From: Lama glama
Lineage: Eukaryota
Direction of reading: 5' to 3'
Length of the DNA stretch: 64,000 nucleotides
Assembly (NCBI GenBank): GCA_028534125.1
Contig: CM052818.1
Coordinates: 12,836,001 to 12,900,000 of the forward strand
Both the position numbers and the translations under genes were made by a program. Below are positions 50,900-64,000 of the stretch, in pieces (the stretch's first letter is position 1; each line of letters begins with the position of its first letter). The notes beneath the pieces were generated by a model. That model was not told the DNA's origin. It was given only the letters and a program-made list of their open reading frames with translations, and ran no database searches.

Positions 50900-53012
50900 C
50901 TTTGAAAATATCCCTATGCTTCTTTCTCCTAGATACAGAAGCAAGACAAGGACCTGAGGGTGCCATATGGGCTCAAAGGATGCCATGTGGTACCATGTAG
51001 TGAACATAATGGAATAATGACTCCCTGACCCAGGACCATTCCCCAAGGAAGCCAACCATTCACTAGAGATTAAGTTAACCTCATTGAACTTCTTCCACCG
51101 TGGAAGAGACGGTGATTCATTTGGCTGGAATAGACACAATCCACATAAGAATTTTATTTTTGCTACCATCTGCCTGCACCACCATCAAAGGGCTTACGAA
51201 GTGTTCTACCCACTGACACAGAATCCCATGTAACATCATATCAGACCAGAAAACACACTTTACAGTAGAGGAGGTGGACAATGGGTACATCACTGTGAGA
51301 TCCCCTGGTCCCATCAAAAAATCTGACCAACCTGAAGCTACTAGTCTGACATAGCAATATAATAGCCCACTGAAGGCACAGCTGAGATACCAGCCAAAGA
51401 TCAAACTCTGTAAAGAAGGGATGCCATCTTCCAATATTTATTATACACTGTAAACAGTGGGCATCACATGGTGCCATGCCTTTAGTAGATAGAATACCTG
51501 GGTTCAGGGACAACAGAGTGGTCCATTTGGGAAATTTGTACTTTCCTTCCCTTCAAATCTATTCACTGGTGGTTTAGAATAAGTGTTAAATTTTAAGATA
51601 TGCTGGCTATGCAGGCACATCAGGATCTACATAATGCCAAAGGACCAGCAGGCAAGAAGAGTCACTATTCTGGCAGAATTTAAAGATCATTAAGAGAAGT
51701 TAAGGCTGCTGTTATGTAATGGGGTAAGAGAAGAATATATCTGACACTCAGGCAGTTCACTTGGGATTCTCTAGTTAATTACTTGTCCAATTTTGACATT
51801 AAATAGAAAAGCGTAGCAGCCACAGTCTAAGAAGGGCATGGTGACAAGAAGCTCAGAGCCCTCAGGAATAATATTTTTTTTAAAGTATATTGATTTATAA
51901 TGTAGATAGCACAGTGATACATATGTATGTATTCTTTTTCATATTCTTTTCCATTATGGTTTATTACAGGACATTGCATATAGTTCCCTATGCTATACAA
52001 TAAAACCTGTCTCTTTATCTATTTTATATAGAGTGGTTTGTATCTGCTAATCCTGAACTCCTAATCTATCCCTCCCCTACCCTCTTTTCCCTTTAGTAAC
52101 CGTAAGTTTGTTTTCTATGTCTCTGAATCTGTTTCTGTTTTGGAAATAAGTTCATTTGTGTCATATTTAGATTCCACATACAAATGATATCATACAGTAT
52201 TTGACTTTCTCTTTCTGACTTACTTCACTTAGTATGATAATCTCTAGGTCCATCCATGTTGTTGCAAATGGCATTAGGTCATTCATTTTTATTGCTGATA
52301 TATATACACACACACACAATGGAACACACACACATATATATATACACTCAGCAAAAAAAAATACACACACACACACACACACACATATATACCACATCTT
52401 CTTTATTCAGTTGTCTGTCCATGGACATTTAGGTTGTTTCCATGTTTTAGCTGTTGTAAATAGTGCTGGTATGAACACTGGAGTCATGTATAGTTTCAAA
52501 TTAGTTTCCTAAGGATATATGCCCAGGAGTGGGATTTCTGAATCATATGGTAAGTCTATTTTCAGTTTTTTTAAGGAAACTCCAGGGTGTTTTCCATAGT
52601 GGCAGCACCAATTTATGTTCCCATCAACGGTGTAGGAGGATTCCCTTTTCTCCACACCCTCTCCAGCATTTGTTATTTGTAGACTTTTTAATGATGGTCC
52701 TTCTGACTGGTACAAAGTGTACCTCATTATAGTTTTGATTTGCATCAGAAATGAGACTCCGAGTCACATCAGCAGGTATGCCACTGAGAGCAGCAGAGTT
52801 TCTGGCTAAGGTTGAGGTGAAGACTGAATGGATGCTAGAAGAAGATGACAAATATCAGTTGTCATGTCAAGAAAAACTATAGCAGCAGAGTCTGTAGTCA
52901 TCTCATTAACCTTCCTATTATAAATTTCCAGAGGAAAAGAGGTGAACCAACATCTGGAATAGCTGTTCTCAGATATACAGGAAGAAGTAGATTTGATCAG
53001 AAGGAGGGAGAC
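50900..53012 (+). mobile_element. ERVL-type internal region (degenerate integrase and 3' pol), split by an L1
   Basis: DNA resembles ERVL integrase GTIPQG.QP...GIDT...TTI.GLTEC...IP..I.SDQ.THFT...PEA..L....LKAQL; polypurine tract gaagggagag at 53001. Confidence 0.8.
51872..52744 (-). mobile_element. 5'-truncated artiodactyl-type L1 3' end containing CA repeats (about 52300-52390)
   Basis: Minus ORFs PFATTWMDLEIIILSEVSQKEK and [19 protein letters not shown]; degenerate TSD tcaggaataa (51862) / tcagaaatga (52745). Confidence 0.9.
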
Positions 53013-53408
53013 TGTGGTGCACGCCACCACAGCCACAGACCACCCCCTTCAATAATAAAGATCTATTTTCCTTACTGCTGAAAAGCCTGCACTCTGATAG
53101 CCCCCAGCTGTCAGTCCTATCAGGATTTTTCCCTCAGCTAATGGTTATATCCACTTCTCAAGAGTAGCCTACATGTCTAGTCAATGTGAGGGTTTCAGGA
53201 AAATTCTAAAACCTTGTACTAGTTTCTGAGATCCCAGTGGATTCACTGAATCTTTTGCCATGAATGTATCACACAGCCTAACTTCTCCCTGCCCAGTTCA
53301 GCTTCCTTCCCTTTTCCTGTGCATGTTAATCCTGAGATCATCTCTAATAACATTTCTGCACACAAATCCCAGTCTTAGAATCTGTGTCCTAAGTGCCTGA
53401 CCTCAATG
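53013..53408 (+). mobile_element. 3' LTR of the ERVL remnant (LTR40/41-like)
   Basis: Starts tgtggtgc after the PPT; ends ...ctaataacatttctgcacacaaatcccagtcttagaatctg. Confidence 0.7.
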
Positions 53409-53769
53409 CCTTATATATAAGAAATCATCTCTCCCTCATTAGAAATGACTTAGTGCTTGATCTATATTTCTTTCAGGCTCATTTATGCACTCAATATTTA
53501 CTGGAAAGCAGTAAGTGACAGGAATTGTGATAAGCTTCAGTAACTCCAAAACTACATAAAAGACAGGCATGTTTACTCCCCTCACATACATGCTATAATT
53601 TCCGTGTTCCTATGCTAAGTGCTTCTGGTCTAACCTATTCAAAAGTCTTTCCATGCTTTTTGAGTAGCACCAGTTTCAATCAGTTCCTCAAGCACAGAAA
53701 CCATATCAGCCTTTCTGCATCATTTCCAGAATCATAAGGAAAGACATCAAAAAGCAAACGGAATTAGCT

Positions 53770-53995
53770 AGTGTTGTGTGATACAACTGTTTGCTACATG
53801 GTTTTAAGTATATCTCTTAATCCACTAAGAGTATGCTACAATGTTTATTTCTTCCTCTTACACATGAAAAAACTAAGACATAATGTGGCAAATAAGTTTC
53901 TAGAAAAAAAAAAAAAGAGTCAGGTTTGGGATCCAGGACGCCTGGCTCTGCAATGCATGTTTTTTTGCAATAAATTTTTCCCTACATTACATTAA
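53770..53995 (-). mobile_element. MIR SINE
   Basis: tatctcttaatccac...ttacacatgaaaaaactaagac...gtcaggtttgggatccagg. Confidence 0.6.
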
Positions 53996-55544
53996 AGAGC
54001 ACATAGGAGACCTTAGCCAATGTCTGATAAATGGAGGAATAAATAAGACAATAAACAAACGGGCAATTATCAATAGGTCACCAAGCCAGATGCTAAATCT
54101 CTTAGTTTGCGCTTTCTATGGTAGTTTTGGAGCCTTTTCTGTTGAGGAGAAGTTCACATTTTCTCATCATTTGCAGCTATTATGATGTGTTCTTCATCAA
54201 TGTTACAGAGTGGAAATGATGTCTTCTCTATGTTTGGCTTTATGAACCTTCAGCTCCAGGGGACAGGCCTAAAATTAGCATTAGAAAATCACTCCCAGAC
54301 TCCCTAGAACTGATGATGATGTCCGCCTTCAGGGGACACCACAGCCAGAGGAAAGCTTTCTTGCGTAAAGAAATAAACAGAGGTCCACTGCTAAGGATAA
54401 CTTAAGGACAAAATCAAAAACTCTAAGAAAGAAGGGCCCACATCTACTGGGCCCCAGAGAACTAGAGTCGGGTACTTCTGAAAAGATATCATTATTCTTC
54501 CCAATCCCCATCCCACCACTCCCTGCTACACACACCCCACACTCTCTGTTTATCCCATTTAAAGGTAAGGAAGTTTTTACCTTCACCTTATAATAGAAGA
54601 TTATTTAGCATGAATTTACTGCACAAGAGAACACGAGGTCCAAACTCCTTGCTCGGGTTTGTAGATGACTGATTTGGAACCCAGTCCTTACATGGGTTTC
54701 ACTATCCGTCTCCTCCTTCATGGTCTCCATGGCCCAGATATGGCATAAAGAGGAAACAGGCTAATTTCTTACATCTCAGAATAAACTGCTTCTGAGCCAG
54801 ATTTGGAAATATACAGTTGATTCCAGAATAACATAGTTTTGCAGTGCTCCCCACCCTCTGGACATTGTACAGCAAAAAACCTTTTATTTTCTAACATCTT
54901 CATTATTTTATTTTTATTTTTATTATTTTTGCTTTCCTTCATTACATTTATTTTGGTGGCTGCCTTTATCTGTTATGCTAGCCCAAAGACCCATATAGAG
55001 CCTCTTCACTGTGTATCTGCCCCTAAGGTAAATCCACTTAAAAATGAGTTTTAACAAGGAATCCTTATCCTGACAAGTATTTCTCTCTTTTTGTTACCAG
55101 GAAAGACAGACTAGAGTAGAGCAAATCTAAATAGGAAATGGGATGCTTCTGATTGCCTGCTCTGGGGAACTACTCAAGGTACGTTTTAGAAATGCGTCTT
55201 CATTATGGAAAGTGGCAGTCAGCCTTGCTGACAAAAGTCCTTTAGCTTTTACTATCTTTGACACATGCTAGTGCCTGAGATCATGACTTCCATACTCCAC
55301 TGGCTCAGTGCTCTCTGCTTCTAATGTTCCCTACAAGAAGTCAGCAAACTTAAAGTGTGTGGTGGCTTATTCTACCACTACTTTGCTGGCTATCTTTAAG
55401 AAACACACAAATAAAATATTTTAGTTAAATAAGTTAAAAAAAAAAACCTGCAAATCATTTGCATTCTTTCATTTTCCCAATATGGAAGTGGAAGCAGAAA
55501 GGAAGAGAAGACAGAAAAATCAAAACTAAATGCCTCCTGGGTCA

Positions 55545-55660
55545 GGTCTTTACATGTTGTTTCTTCCATCCTCACAGCAACTATTAAACCCATTTTATAA
55601 ACAAGGAATCTGAGGTTCTAAAAAGTTAAGTCACTTGGTATGGCACATGGCTAGGATGAT
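55545..55660 (-). mobile_element. MIR core fragment
   Basis: cccattttataaacaaggaatctgaggttc...gttaagtcacttg. Confidence 0.65.
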
Positions 55661-56209
55661 TATTATAATAAACTTTTCACAATATTTGAGCCTAAAACTC
55701 AGGAAAATATAATTCTGAGTGGACTTCCTGGCACACTGAATGTGAGGATTAAGGAAAGAGAGACCTTAAAGAAGGATTTGGGCACCATTTCCCAAGGAGC
55801 CCTGCGCTGTCCAGATGCTAGTGGATGTCACACACACACACACAATCACAAGGACGGGTGTCTTCAAATGAGTTTGGAACTTCATCAAGAGTTCTTGGGC
55901 TTTAAATAGTAAAGTAACTGACTCTCCAAGAAAGTGATGGGAGGTAAAGTGTCAAAACGTATATAACCTTGGATCACAGAGCATCTCAAAGGTTCCGTCT
56001 TACACAGTTCTCACTTTGGGAATTCCTATGCTAAGCTGCTAAGAAATTATGCTCATTAAAAAATATACAGAACCATCATTTAATATGTAAACTTTGGGTA
56101 AAAGCCAAACTTATTGTTTTATTTAAAACAAAAATGTTTTTTCTAAATTTTTATTAATTTTTCAATTTTGACTTTTAACAATTATGAAAGTAATTAGTAA
56201 GTTTACAAG

Positions 56210-56570
56210 TTGTCCAGCTCTCTTTCTGGACAGATGGAAGGACATATATCCCTACTCACCTAAAGGGAGGTGTAACTGTGTAATTTACTTGGCATGTAAA
56301 CTACAACCAATGGCATGGAGACATTAAGGCTGTGTGTCACTCAGGGTAGAAGCTTTCAAAATGTATGAGTTTTGCCATACTCTCTTTCCCTCTGTCATGA
56401 TAACCAGCCATGCACCAGCTCAGGGCTCATCTGTTGGCCTGGTGTTCTCGACTGAAGAAAGCATAGAGCAGAGCCTCCAGCTGGCACTTGATAAACAAGC
56501 GTGAGATGACAGATGGATAGGTAGGTAGATAGATGTAAGTAATTGAAATTTAGTGTATCCTGACTAATAT
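56210..56570 (+). mobile_element. MLT1I-like MaLR LTR
   Basis: tgtgtgtcactcagggtagaagctttc...ctctttccctctgtcatg...agagcagagcctccagc. Confidence 0.65.
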
Positions 56571-57369
56571 AATAACGTAGGTAGCAAAGTGCAGTGTGCA
56601 AAACACATGGAAAACAACAAATCACAATGTAAAGTTCTCATTTGTTACTGGCCAGCTTGGGAAACGGTTATAAAATTCACTCAGAATCTTCAGAGTCTCT
56701 GGGAAAATAATATGTGCCTTCCCAGCACTCATTTGTTCTGAGGATCAAAAGAGACTATCCTAGGATGTGATCTGTAAGTCTTATTCTTGTTTAAATTTTA
56801 GATATGATTTAAAAAAACCTATAAACAATTAATGGCATATTACATTTATATTCTTCTGGTTTCTATCAATTTTAATACTAGTAGCCAGGGAACATCATTC
56901 ACAGCCTTATTTAGTTTACCTATCTCAGAGCTTAATAAGAATCAATTATATTATTTAGTTACCTTCAACTATAACAAATACAAATGCCATCTATACTTAT
57001 TTAGCCTTTTCTAGCTACTGATTTTTAAATTATAAAGGCATAAAATGATCATAAAATAACTTGTATATTCCAAATATGTCTTTAAGTTAAACTTATTTTG
57101 CTAACTCCCATTACACAATGATTGTAAGTCAATTTCTCCTAATGGCTGCATTCACTAAGAAACAAACTGCTGTTCCAGGCCAGAGAGGAAGATTGGTAGG
57201 AGGTAGAAAAGGCATGACCCAGACTCTCCAGGAGAGCCAAAGGCTATCTGGAAGACAGTTTACTGAAGTGGGAGAAGGAATAGACTCTAACGATGAAGAT
57301 GAGCATTTCTATTCAGAGTGCTTTACTATCAGAAAGAACCCATCAGGTTCCCTTCAGTATTGCCTCCTT

Positions 57370-57620
57370 CGTGCTCTCTCCATCACTTCTCTAGTCCAAG
57401 CCTTCTGCATCACTTGCCTGGACCACTGTAATGTGTCCTAATGGGGCTTCCTATCTTCAAGCACCTCCTTTCCAAACATGCCTACAGTTGTTCCCGTTAT
57501 CTTTATGTTCCATTAAAAACATGAAGGTAACTGTGTCACTTTCTTCCTCAAAAGAATTTCATTCCCCCCAACCATTCAACTGCAGAGGAACTAGAACCTC
57601 CCTACTCAGCCTAGAGTAGT
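57370..57620 (+). mobile_element. L2 fragment
   Basis: ctagtccaagccttctgcatcacttgcctggaccactgtaat...cctaatggggcttcct. Confidence 0.65.
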
Positions 57621-58609
57621 CGGGGTTAAACAGCTGTGAAAGTAAGTTCATTCCCATTTTACTCTTCTCCTTTTTTCTTCTCAATGCACAGTCAATATTT
57701 CAAGCACTCTAGAATAAGTTCTAGTTTCAAACCCACTTTGGCCTCTCCTACCTAATGTCTTTTCTGCCTGCTCTCCTTTCTTCTTGAATCATCTAAACTG
57801 CCACAACCGGATTGGTTCAATCATTCCAAGTAAGGCTCTGCTTCCTTCAAATTCACATTAAAATCCCCCTCTTCTTTAATCTGTACAAACCTCAAGTATA
57901 ACTAATGTTGCCTTTCTTACTAGTACAATGAATGGTGACTCAGATTTCAAATTAAACTTAATCATAGAAGATATTTATCACAAATGGAAATTTGTGGACT
58001 GAAATTACTATTAATCACAGATTATTTTATTTTCAAAACATTCCTATAAAGTGAATATTATAACTTATGTTTTACATAAAATAAAACTGAGATTTTAGTA
58101 AACGAAATAACATTTTCCAAAAACATGCAGAAACTTCTTTTGCAAACAACTTCTGCAATTTGACGACATTCATAAACAAGGGTAAATGAATAAATGCTCA
58201 CATATGCAGTTGATTTTTAATGAAAAATTCTAAGCTTTTAGTCCCTAAGCAAGAATTTTCAATTAAAGAAATCCCATTATAGCACTGAAGGAATAGATAA
58301 GGTATTTGTAACATAATTCCACATGCTTTGTTTAAATGCCTTGATAGAACCTTGAAACAGACAATTTATTCGATACCCCAGCATCTCAGAATGGTTGATA
58401 AATGATAGATCAGAAAGATAGATCAAAGTAACCTCCTTGTCAGTAATGAGGAATGAAGTATCAAGCAAGCAAGTTTAAAAACATCAGCTTCATAAGCACC
58501 AGACGATGGCAATTTAAGTTACCTCCAGTTCACATGAAAAAAGTGTAAAGGCATGGAGATTCAGCTAACTGTACACTTACTCTTGTTAAGAACTGAGATG
58601 TAATCACCA

Positions 58610-58980
58610 ACAAACATGAAAGCATGGGCTGTGGTGTAGAGGCACCGCATCCAGGAAAAATAGTCCCCAGGTTCTCTATTCCAGTTAGTATGTGTCTAGA
58701 ACAAGTACGAGTTCATCATTTTGAGTACAACCTTGATAAAATGTGTTACATTCTAACCATGGTGAAGATGATGACAAAAGGTCTGAATATCAAGTATTAT
58801 GGAGAATGATGAAAGGAATTGAGGATTTTAGTCTGGGGTAGAAGTGGGGAAGACTAAGTCCCATGGCTGAAGGACAGAATAAGAATCAATAATTGAAGGT
58901 TATAGACTGTAGTTTTAACAATCTGAATAAAGAAACCCATCTGATTAGAGCTAACTGAAAGTGACACAGGCTGTGCTTTC
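58610..58980 (+). mobile_element. L3/CR1 ORF2 3' remnant
   Basis: DNA resembles CR1 IVPL.S..V...LE...LDK...KGL...Y.E..KEL..FSL and ggacagaataagaatcaat. Confidence 0.6.
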
Positions 58981-60101
58981 CCTTGCCCCCCCACCCCCAG
59001 ATATTGCTTTCTCCTGGCTCTCTCACACTGCTTGACGTGATGTTACTCAAAACTATGTCTGCCAGGAGCTAAGAGCTTGCACTACACTGAAAGCCTTATG
59101 TTGCCTCTTTTACGGAGAAAGTCTTCCTACATGTAAAACGTCAGCTGAGCTAACTGGTGTGCTTAGTGACCTAGTATATTTACATTCTAGTGGAGGTTCC
59201 AATTTCCTGGATAAAACAAAAAGGAGATGGTCTGTGGACCACACTCCAGTTTTGTTCTAAGGTTCCATGCTCCTTCCCTTCCCCCCAATCCACAACCTCA
59301 AGTAGACGTGATCTTCAAAGTAATTTTGCCCATCTTTTACAAGTAAAGTGATTATACACATCCAGGATTTCACGGATAGTTCTAATATTAAACATTATGT
59401 CTCCCTTTCCACAAGGTATAATGTTAAGTGTCAAAAGAGGCACTGATTTTTTTTCTTAAAAATATCATATAAATAAGCTATTCTTTTGCTTTCTCACTAA
59501 AGAATATTCAAAAATCATGATTATAATACTATATGGATTTTTTTCATTCTATCAGTGAAGAAAATACTGTCAAAGATATAAATGTCTAAGCATGTCAATT
59601 AAGGTCATGAGCAATGTGACAGTTCCCATTGTTAGAGCATTAGGGCTCTTTTTGAATTTCCTGGAATCTTAATGTACAAGCAGCACCTTACTTCATCCTT
59701 GAATTCAATAGCCCCACTAAAATATTAACTTTAATGTACACTTTTAATCCATGAGGATTGAGACTATTATACCCACAGTTGGACCACTTATGTCAGCTAG
59801 GGAGGTTGACCTGAACTGTCTGGATCAACAATAACTGCTGCACAGCTCTCCCACTAATATTCCTCCGATCCCTCCTTAGAACTTTAATAAAGGCATCAGA
59901 ATCCATTACCACTACCAGGATAACAGGATGTCAATTCTACAAGCACGGTCCTTTCTTGAATGTAAACTTATGCACGGACTCCAGGGGCAGGGGGGTTGCA
60001 CTTCTTTCAGGTTTGGGAAACATATACTACTAGGGAAGAAACAGTATTTTAAATCTCATAATCTTATGTATATTGCCTTTAAATTTTCTTAGCATTTAAA
60101 T

Positions 60102-62136
60102 CAGAAGGGAAGAGATAAAACTGTCACTATTTGCCAATAATATAATTCTCTATATAGAAGTCACCACCAAAAAACTATTAGAACTAATAAATGAATTCAG
60201 TAAAGTTGCAAGATATAAGATTAATACACAAAAATCTGTTGCTTTTCTATACACTAATAATGAACTACCACAAAGAGGAACCAAGAAAAAAAAAACCCAT
60301 TTAAAATCACATTAAAAAGAATAAGATACCTAGGAACAAACTTAACCAAGGAAGTGAACAACCTACACTCTGAAAACTATAAAACACTGAGGAAGGAAAC
60401 TGAAGATGATACAAAAGAAAATAGAAAGATATCCCTTGTTTATGGACTGGAAAAATTAATATTGTTAAAATGTCCATACTACACAAAGCAATCTACAGAT
60501 TTAATGCAATCCCTATCAAAATATCCATGACATTTTTCACAGAACCAGAACAAATATTCTTAAAATTTATGTGGAACCACAAAAGACCACAAATAGCCAA
60601 AGCAATCTTGTCAAAACAGCACGGCACTGGCACAAAAACAGACACGCAGATCAATGGAACATAATAGAGAGCTCAGAAATAAACCCATGCAAATATAGCC
60701 AATTAATCTATGACAAAGGGGGCAAGAATAGACAATGGGGATGAGACAGTCTCTTCAATAAATGGTACTGGGAAAACTAGAGAGCTACATGTGAAAGAGT
60801 AAAATTAGAACATTTCCTCATACCATATACAATAATAAACTCAAAATGGATTAAAGATCTAAATGTAAGACCGGAAATCATAAAACTCCTATAAGAAAAT
60901 AAAGGTAAAACATCCTCTGACATAAATTGCAGTGATATTTTTTGGATCTGTCTCCTAAGCAAAGGAAACAAAAGTAAAAATTAACAAATGAGACCTAATT
61001 AAACTTAAAAGCTTTTGCACAACAAAGAAAATTATTAACAAAACAAAAAGACAACCTTACTGAATGGGAGAAAATATTTACAAGTGATATAACTGATAAG
61101 GGGTTAATATCCTAAATATATAAAAAGTTCATACAACTCAATATAAAAAAAAAAACCCTGATTTTAAAAACAGGCAGAAGACCTGCATAGACATTTTTTA
61201 AAAGAATCTATACAGATGGCCAAAAGGCACATGAAAAGATGCTCAACATCACTGATCATCAGAGAAATCCAAATGAACTACAATAAGATACCACCTCACA
61301 CCTGTCAGAATGGCTATAACCCAAAAGTCTACAAGTGACAAATGTTAATGAGGATTTGGAGAAAAGAGAACACCAGTACATTATTGCTAGGAATGTAAAT
61401 TGGCATAACCACTATGAAAAATAGTATGGAGATTCCTTAAAAAACTAAAAATAGAACTACCATATGATCCAGCAATTAGACTTCTGGATATACATCCAAA
61501 GAAAACAAAAACAGTAATTTAAAAAGATAGATACATGCACCCTAAATTATTTACAGTAGACAAGATATGAAAGCAACCTAAGTGTCCACCAACAGATGAA
61601 TATAAAGAGGTCCACTAACAGAAGAATATAAATATAAAGATGAATATAAACATTTGAATATAAATATAAAGAGGTGGTGTGTGTGTGTGTATCTGTAATG
61701 GAATATTATTCAGCCATAAAGAATGAAATTTTGCCATTTGCAACAACACTGGTGGATCTGGAGGGTTATTATGCTTAGTAAAATAAGTCAGACAGAAAAA
61801 GACAAATACTATATATTATCACTCACATGGAGAATCAAAAAAATACAACTATTAAACATAACCAAAAAGAAACAGATTCACGAATACAGAGAACAAACCA
61901 GTGGTTACCAGTGGGGAAAGGAAAGGGGGAAGGAGCAAGAAAAGGGTAGGGGATTAAGAGGTACATACTACTATGTATAAAATAAATAAACTACAAAGAT
62001 ATATTGTACAGCACAAGAAATACAGCTAGTATTTTATAATTACTTAAAACGGAGTAAAATCTATAAAAATTTCAAATCACTGTTGTACACCTGAAACTAA
62101 TGTAATATTATAAATCAACTATACTTCAATAAAAAA
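60102..62136 (+). mobile_element. 5'-truncated artiodactyl-type L1 (RT motif region to poly(A)), with an internal deletion near 60611
   Basis: Degenerate [33 protein letters not shown]...IAKAILS; 3' UTR ending atacttcaataaaaaa. Confidence 0.92.
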
Positions 62137-62279
62137 TATTCTTTGATAGATGTCCTAAAATATGCTAGCTATATCAGTCTGATCAAACTTGCAAAGAATG
62201 AAAAATCCCAAACAGAGTCAATTACGTAAATTTCCTGCTAGTGATATTTAAAGTCTGAACATGTCTAAAGAAAGAAGAC

Positions 62280-62754
62280 TTGCTAACCCGTGCCATTTTG
62301 TCATCAGTTCCACCCTTGCTGTCTGGCTCCCAAGTAGTTCCAGGCACTGTAAAGCACTGGAGGAAGGTCAGAAGGTGAGAGGAAGGGAGAAATTGTATCT
62401 CTTCCACTCTCTCTTTTTGCCAGCTGCAATATCTTTCTGCAGTGACTCTACTGCTTCCACAGCTCCTTGATAAATAGTCCACCCTTTGAGACTCAGCTCC
62501 GATAAGCCAAACCTCACCCCAGCCGGGCTTTTGGCTCTCGTAAGATGAATCTCACTTCTTGATTCTGGAAACAGGTAGCCTCCTAGCCCTAGGAATGGTA
62601 GCTATTTCCTTCTAGTGCTAATCTCTGTTATACTTCATTTGGGTTCTCCATTCTGTGATCACAGAATGTTACTGAACAATTAAGTGTTTTAAATTTCCTT
62701 CTATTTCAATACATGGAGTGGTTTTAAAATCTTGGCTGAACCATGACTGATACT
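62280..62754 (+). mobile_element. LTR33-like ERVL solo LTR
   Basis: 3' end ttaaatttccttctatttcaatacatggagtggttt...tggctgaaccatgactgatac. Confidence 0.7.
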
Positions 62755-63289
62755 GAGAATGTCAATTAAAAAAAAAAATCAGCCTTGAAAACCAAAAAAA
62801 AAAAAAAAAAAAAAAAGACTGGCACAGAAGAAATCAACAGTAGAGTGCCATGTAGCCAAATATTCAGGGATGTGACCTCTCTTGTCCTAATGGCAGCTTT
62901 ATCTGTGGAGAAATGGGTGAAGCACATATTTGCATTCTCTTTGTCTGGATTCAGTAATGTTTTAAAAGCTAACTTCAGTTTATAATTTTGAAACTCATGT
63001 AGCTTTGTCTACACAAAGAAAGTATACTAACTAATAGATATGATTTATCCTATCTCAGTGATTATTTATTTTCAATGTAAAATTTTTAAAAATTCTTCTG
63101 GTTTTAATCATCAGAATCAGAATCTGAAAGTTTTATATATGTGAGACTGCCCATGAGCATTTGATCTTCCTCTTCTGAGCCCAAAAGCTTAAAACCCCAA
63201 AGCCTAGAAGACAGAGGATTCTCCCAGGCAATTAATGTCACCATGTGAAGACCTATCTAACTGACGAGCTAGCCTTCCCTAGGCCTCAA

Positions 63290-63430
63290 CTGATGGCATA
63301 TTACAACCTTGTCCTTCTGCATGTTGCAGAATTTCTTAGAAATTTTGTAAGTGAAATTTGCCCTATTCTACCCACAGGGTAGTTTTGAGGATTAAATGAT
63401 TTTGTGCATATGAAAACACATTTTGAGCTA
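63290..63430 (+). mobile_element. MIR fragment
   Basis: ctacccacagggtagttttgaggattaaatga...tatgaaaacacatttt. Confidence 0.6.
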
Positions 63431-64000
63431 CCGATGACAGTGATAAAAACCATAAAGAAGTGTATAGATCATTGACTTTTTCATCATTAACTTAAATCTG
63501 TTAGCTTGATAATTAATAAAGAGCAGCTGAAAGGTGGGGATATTCCATAAAGGGTAGACTACTAGCTCACTGATCAAGTTAGCATTCACTTCAACTTCAC
63601 TTACCGTATTAGGTCAGAACACTAATCGTCCATTAGGCTACCAATAAGGAGGAGTATATTACAGTTCAAGTTGGGATCCTAGGGAATGCAAGTAACTTAG
63701 AACAGTATGTGAGTATTTATAAAACTTGTTATTAATTTTTCTTGGAAAATAAAGATAGTTATAGACAAAAAAAGAAACAAGCTATAAGCAGAATATACAA
63801 ATTTATATTAATTAATTACAGAAATACAAACATTTATTGGTTACCAATGATGGATAAAGTATTTGATAAGGCAACCAGATACAGAAACAAAACAAACAGA
63901 AACTCTACCTTAAGGAGCTCAGTGTAATAGAAAAGCAAATGTACATAAAGTGATTATGTAGCAAAATGAGAAGGGCAAAAATAAAAAAAAAAGAAGTACA

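Noticed and set aside
54838..54870. CTCF-like motif
   Set aside because: At least three mismatches to the core consensus in each register tried.
57118..57441. 107-aa plus-strand ORF with an acidic patch
   Set aside because: 3' part is L2 sequence; no recognisable domain.

Overview
AT-rich mammalian genomic DNA dominated by transposable elements, most likely camelid (inferred from a tRNA-Ala-derived Vic-type SINE and the L1 3' UTR type). I could not identify any host protein-coding gene or RNA gene. The ORF-track entries I examined are L1/ERVL remnants, N-gap artefacts or chance ORFs. The window holds L1 copies of several ages, two ERVL-type proviral remnants, MaLR/ERVL solo LTRs, MIR/L2/L3 fragments, hAT MITEs, microsatellites and two 500-N gaps. 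The most notable structure is a 3.1-kb TSD-flanked L1 derivative (24501-27575) with 5' UTR and ORF1 joined directly to the end of ORF2 and the 3' UTR, so it lacks EN/RT and resembles a 'half-L1' non-autonomous element. Other points of interest are a twin-primed 5'-inverted L1, a young L1 with a short 3' end nested in the poly(A) signal of an older L1, small local duplications, and a speculative chain of minus-strand exons at 1.2-3.8 kb. Repeat family names are from memory of consensus sequences, not from a database search, and boundaries of old repeats are approximate.
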